Shown here: positions 63,422 to 64,000 of the stretch, piece after piece
Layout of the letters: the number at the start of each line of letters is the position of its first letter
Position numbering within the stretch: the first letter of the stretch is position 1
Virus record (IMG/VR): IMGVR_UViG_3300025782_000004
Length of the DNA: 64,000 bases
DNA from: an uncultured virus (IMG/VR IMGVR_UViG_3300025782_000004)
Taxonomy: Duplodnaviria; Heunggongvirae; Uroviricota; Caudoviricetes
Strand: one strand, 5' to 3'
The notes under the pieces: generated by a model
Told to the model about the DNA's origin: nothing
The model's input: the letters and a program-made list of their open reading frames with translations, nothing else
Database searches by the model: none
Made by a program: the position numbers and the translations under genes

Positions 63422-64000
63422 TATTGTTCAATCTGTGTTAGTTCTACTAGTGTTGCTGAAAGATTAATTTCTTGATCTGCTACTAAGGGAATGTTCACAA
63501 GGCCCTTGCGTATGGCTAGAATTGCGGCGTCTTGACCTTCTTGTGTTTTTGACCATAGCTCTAAGTTATCATACATCCAGCGGAATACATCATCTGTGGC
63601 ATCTGTATTTGATTGAGCACAAATTACCTTGCGTGCTTCAACAATCTTACCTGCTTTAAACAAAGCTACAGCATCAAGTTTCCAATCCTTGACACCGCGA
63701 TCATTTTCTCCAGGTTGACTTAACGTTCCTGTGGTTGAGTTTGCTTGTAGCAAGTTCAAACATTTGCGTAGATCTGGATATGTTGCTTTGACATACGAGT
63801 CTAAAGTATCGAGATCAAACTCTACTGTTTCGGTCACTAAGATAGTTGCTGCACGTGCAGTAAACTCTGTTACGTCACTTTTATCAATGTGGAAACCTTG
63901 ACAACGACTGTGTAGTGCATCCATGATCTTGTGTGGCAGATTACAGGTCAGGATAAAACGTGCAGACTCTTGATATGTTTCCATTAGGCCACGCATGATA
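63421..64000 (-). CDS. Clamp loader (RFC/gp44-like) subunit, truncated by the window edge
   Basis: RGLME....RFILTCN...I..AL.SRC and PDLRK..N.LQ motifs. Confidence 0.88.
   Translation of the reverse strand, partial: IMRGLMETYQESARFILTCNLPHKIMDALHSRCQGFHIDKSDVTEFTARAATILVTETVEFDLDTLDSYVKATYPDLRKCLNLLQANSTTGTLSQPGENDRGVKDWKLDAVALFKAGKIVEARKVICAQSNTDATDDVFRWMYDNLELWSKTQEGQDAAILAIRKGLVNIPLVADQEINLSATLVELTQIEQ

Noticed and set aside
1..64000. tRNA, rRNA, tmRNA genes and CRISPR arrays
   Set aside because: No cloverleaf with a GTTCRA T-loop, no rRNA-like tract and no regularly spaced repeat-spacer array were seen by eye. tRNAscan-SE or ARAGORN would be needed to be certain.

Overview
This 64 kb window is part of a large AT-rich tailed-phage genome, T4-like or jumbo-phage-like in organisation. 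Genes are densely packed and almost all on the minus strand. It encodes replication genes (family B DNA polymerase, sliding clamp, truncated clamp loader, RNase H/5'-3' exonuclease) and a dispersed 7-deazaguanine DNA-modification pathway (folE, queD, queE, a TGT/DpdA-like enzyme and a second QueD-like protein; no queC in the window). It also carries lysis genes (GH19 endolysin, spanins, holin-like), ClpA and DnaJ, PhoH, Dps, a PlcP/Agt-like lipid-remodelling pair, TctC and split DctP solute-binding proteins, many glycosyl/acyl-modifying enzymes, and a block of proteins with T4-like capsid-targeting N-termini. Both sigma70-type and TAAATA late-type promoters are visible, many apparently giving leaderless mRNAs. 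The most interesting unannotated signals are five: (i) a promoter-to-U-tract pseudoknotted small RNA and a second structured RNA flanking a tandem HNH-like gene; (ii) a pseudoknot plus SD-sequestering hairpin in the queD leader; (iii) a DGQHR/ParB-HNH-ABC/GNAT-GIY-YIG operon whose leader has two hairpins with identical loops; (iv) an HNH-carrying insertion that replaced the 3' end of folE; (v) a split DctP gene with a structured leader. No tRNA, rRNA or CRISPR array was recognised. All calls come from manual motif recognition; no searches were run.
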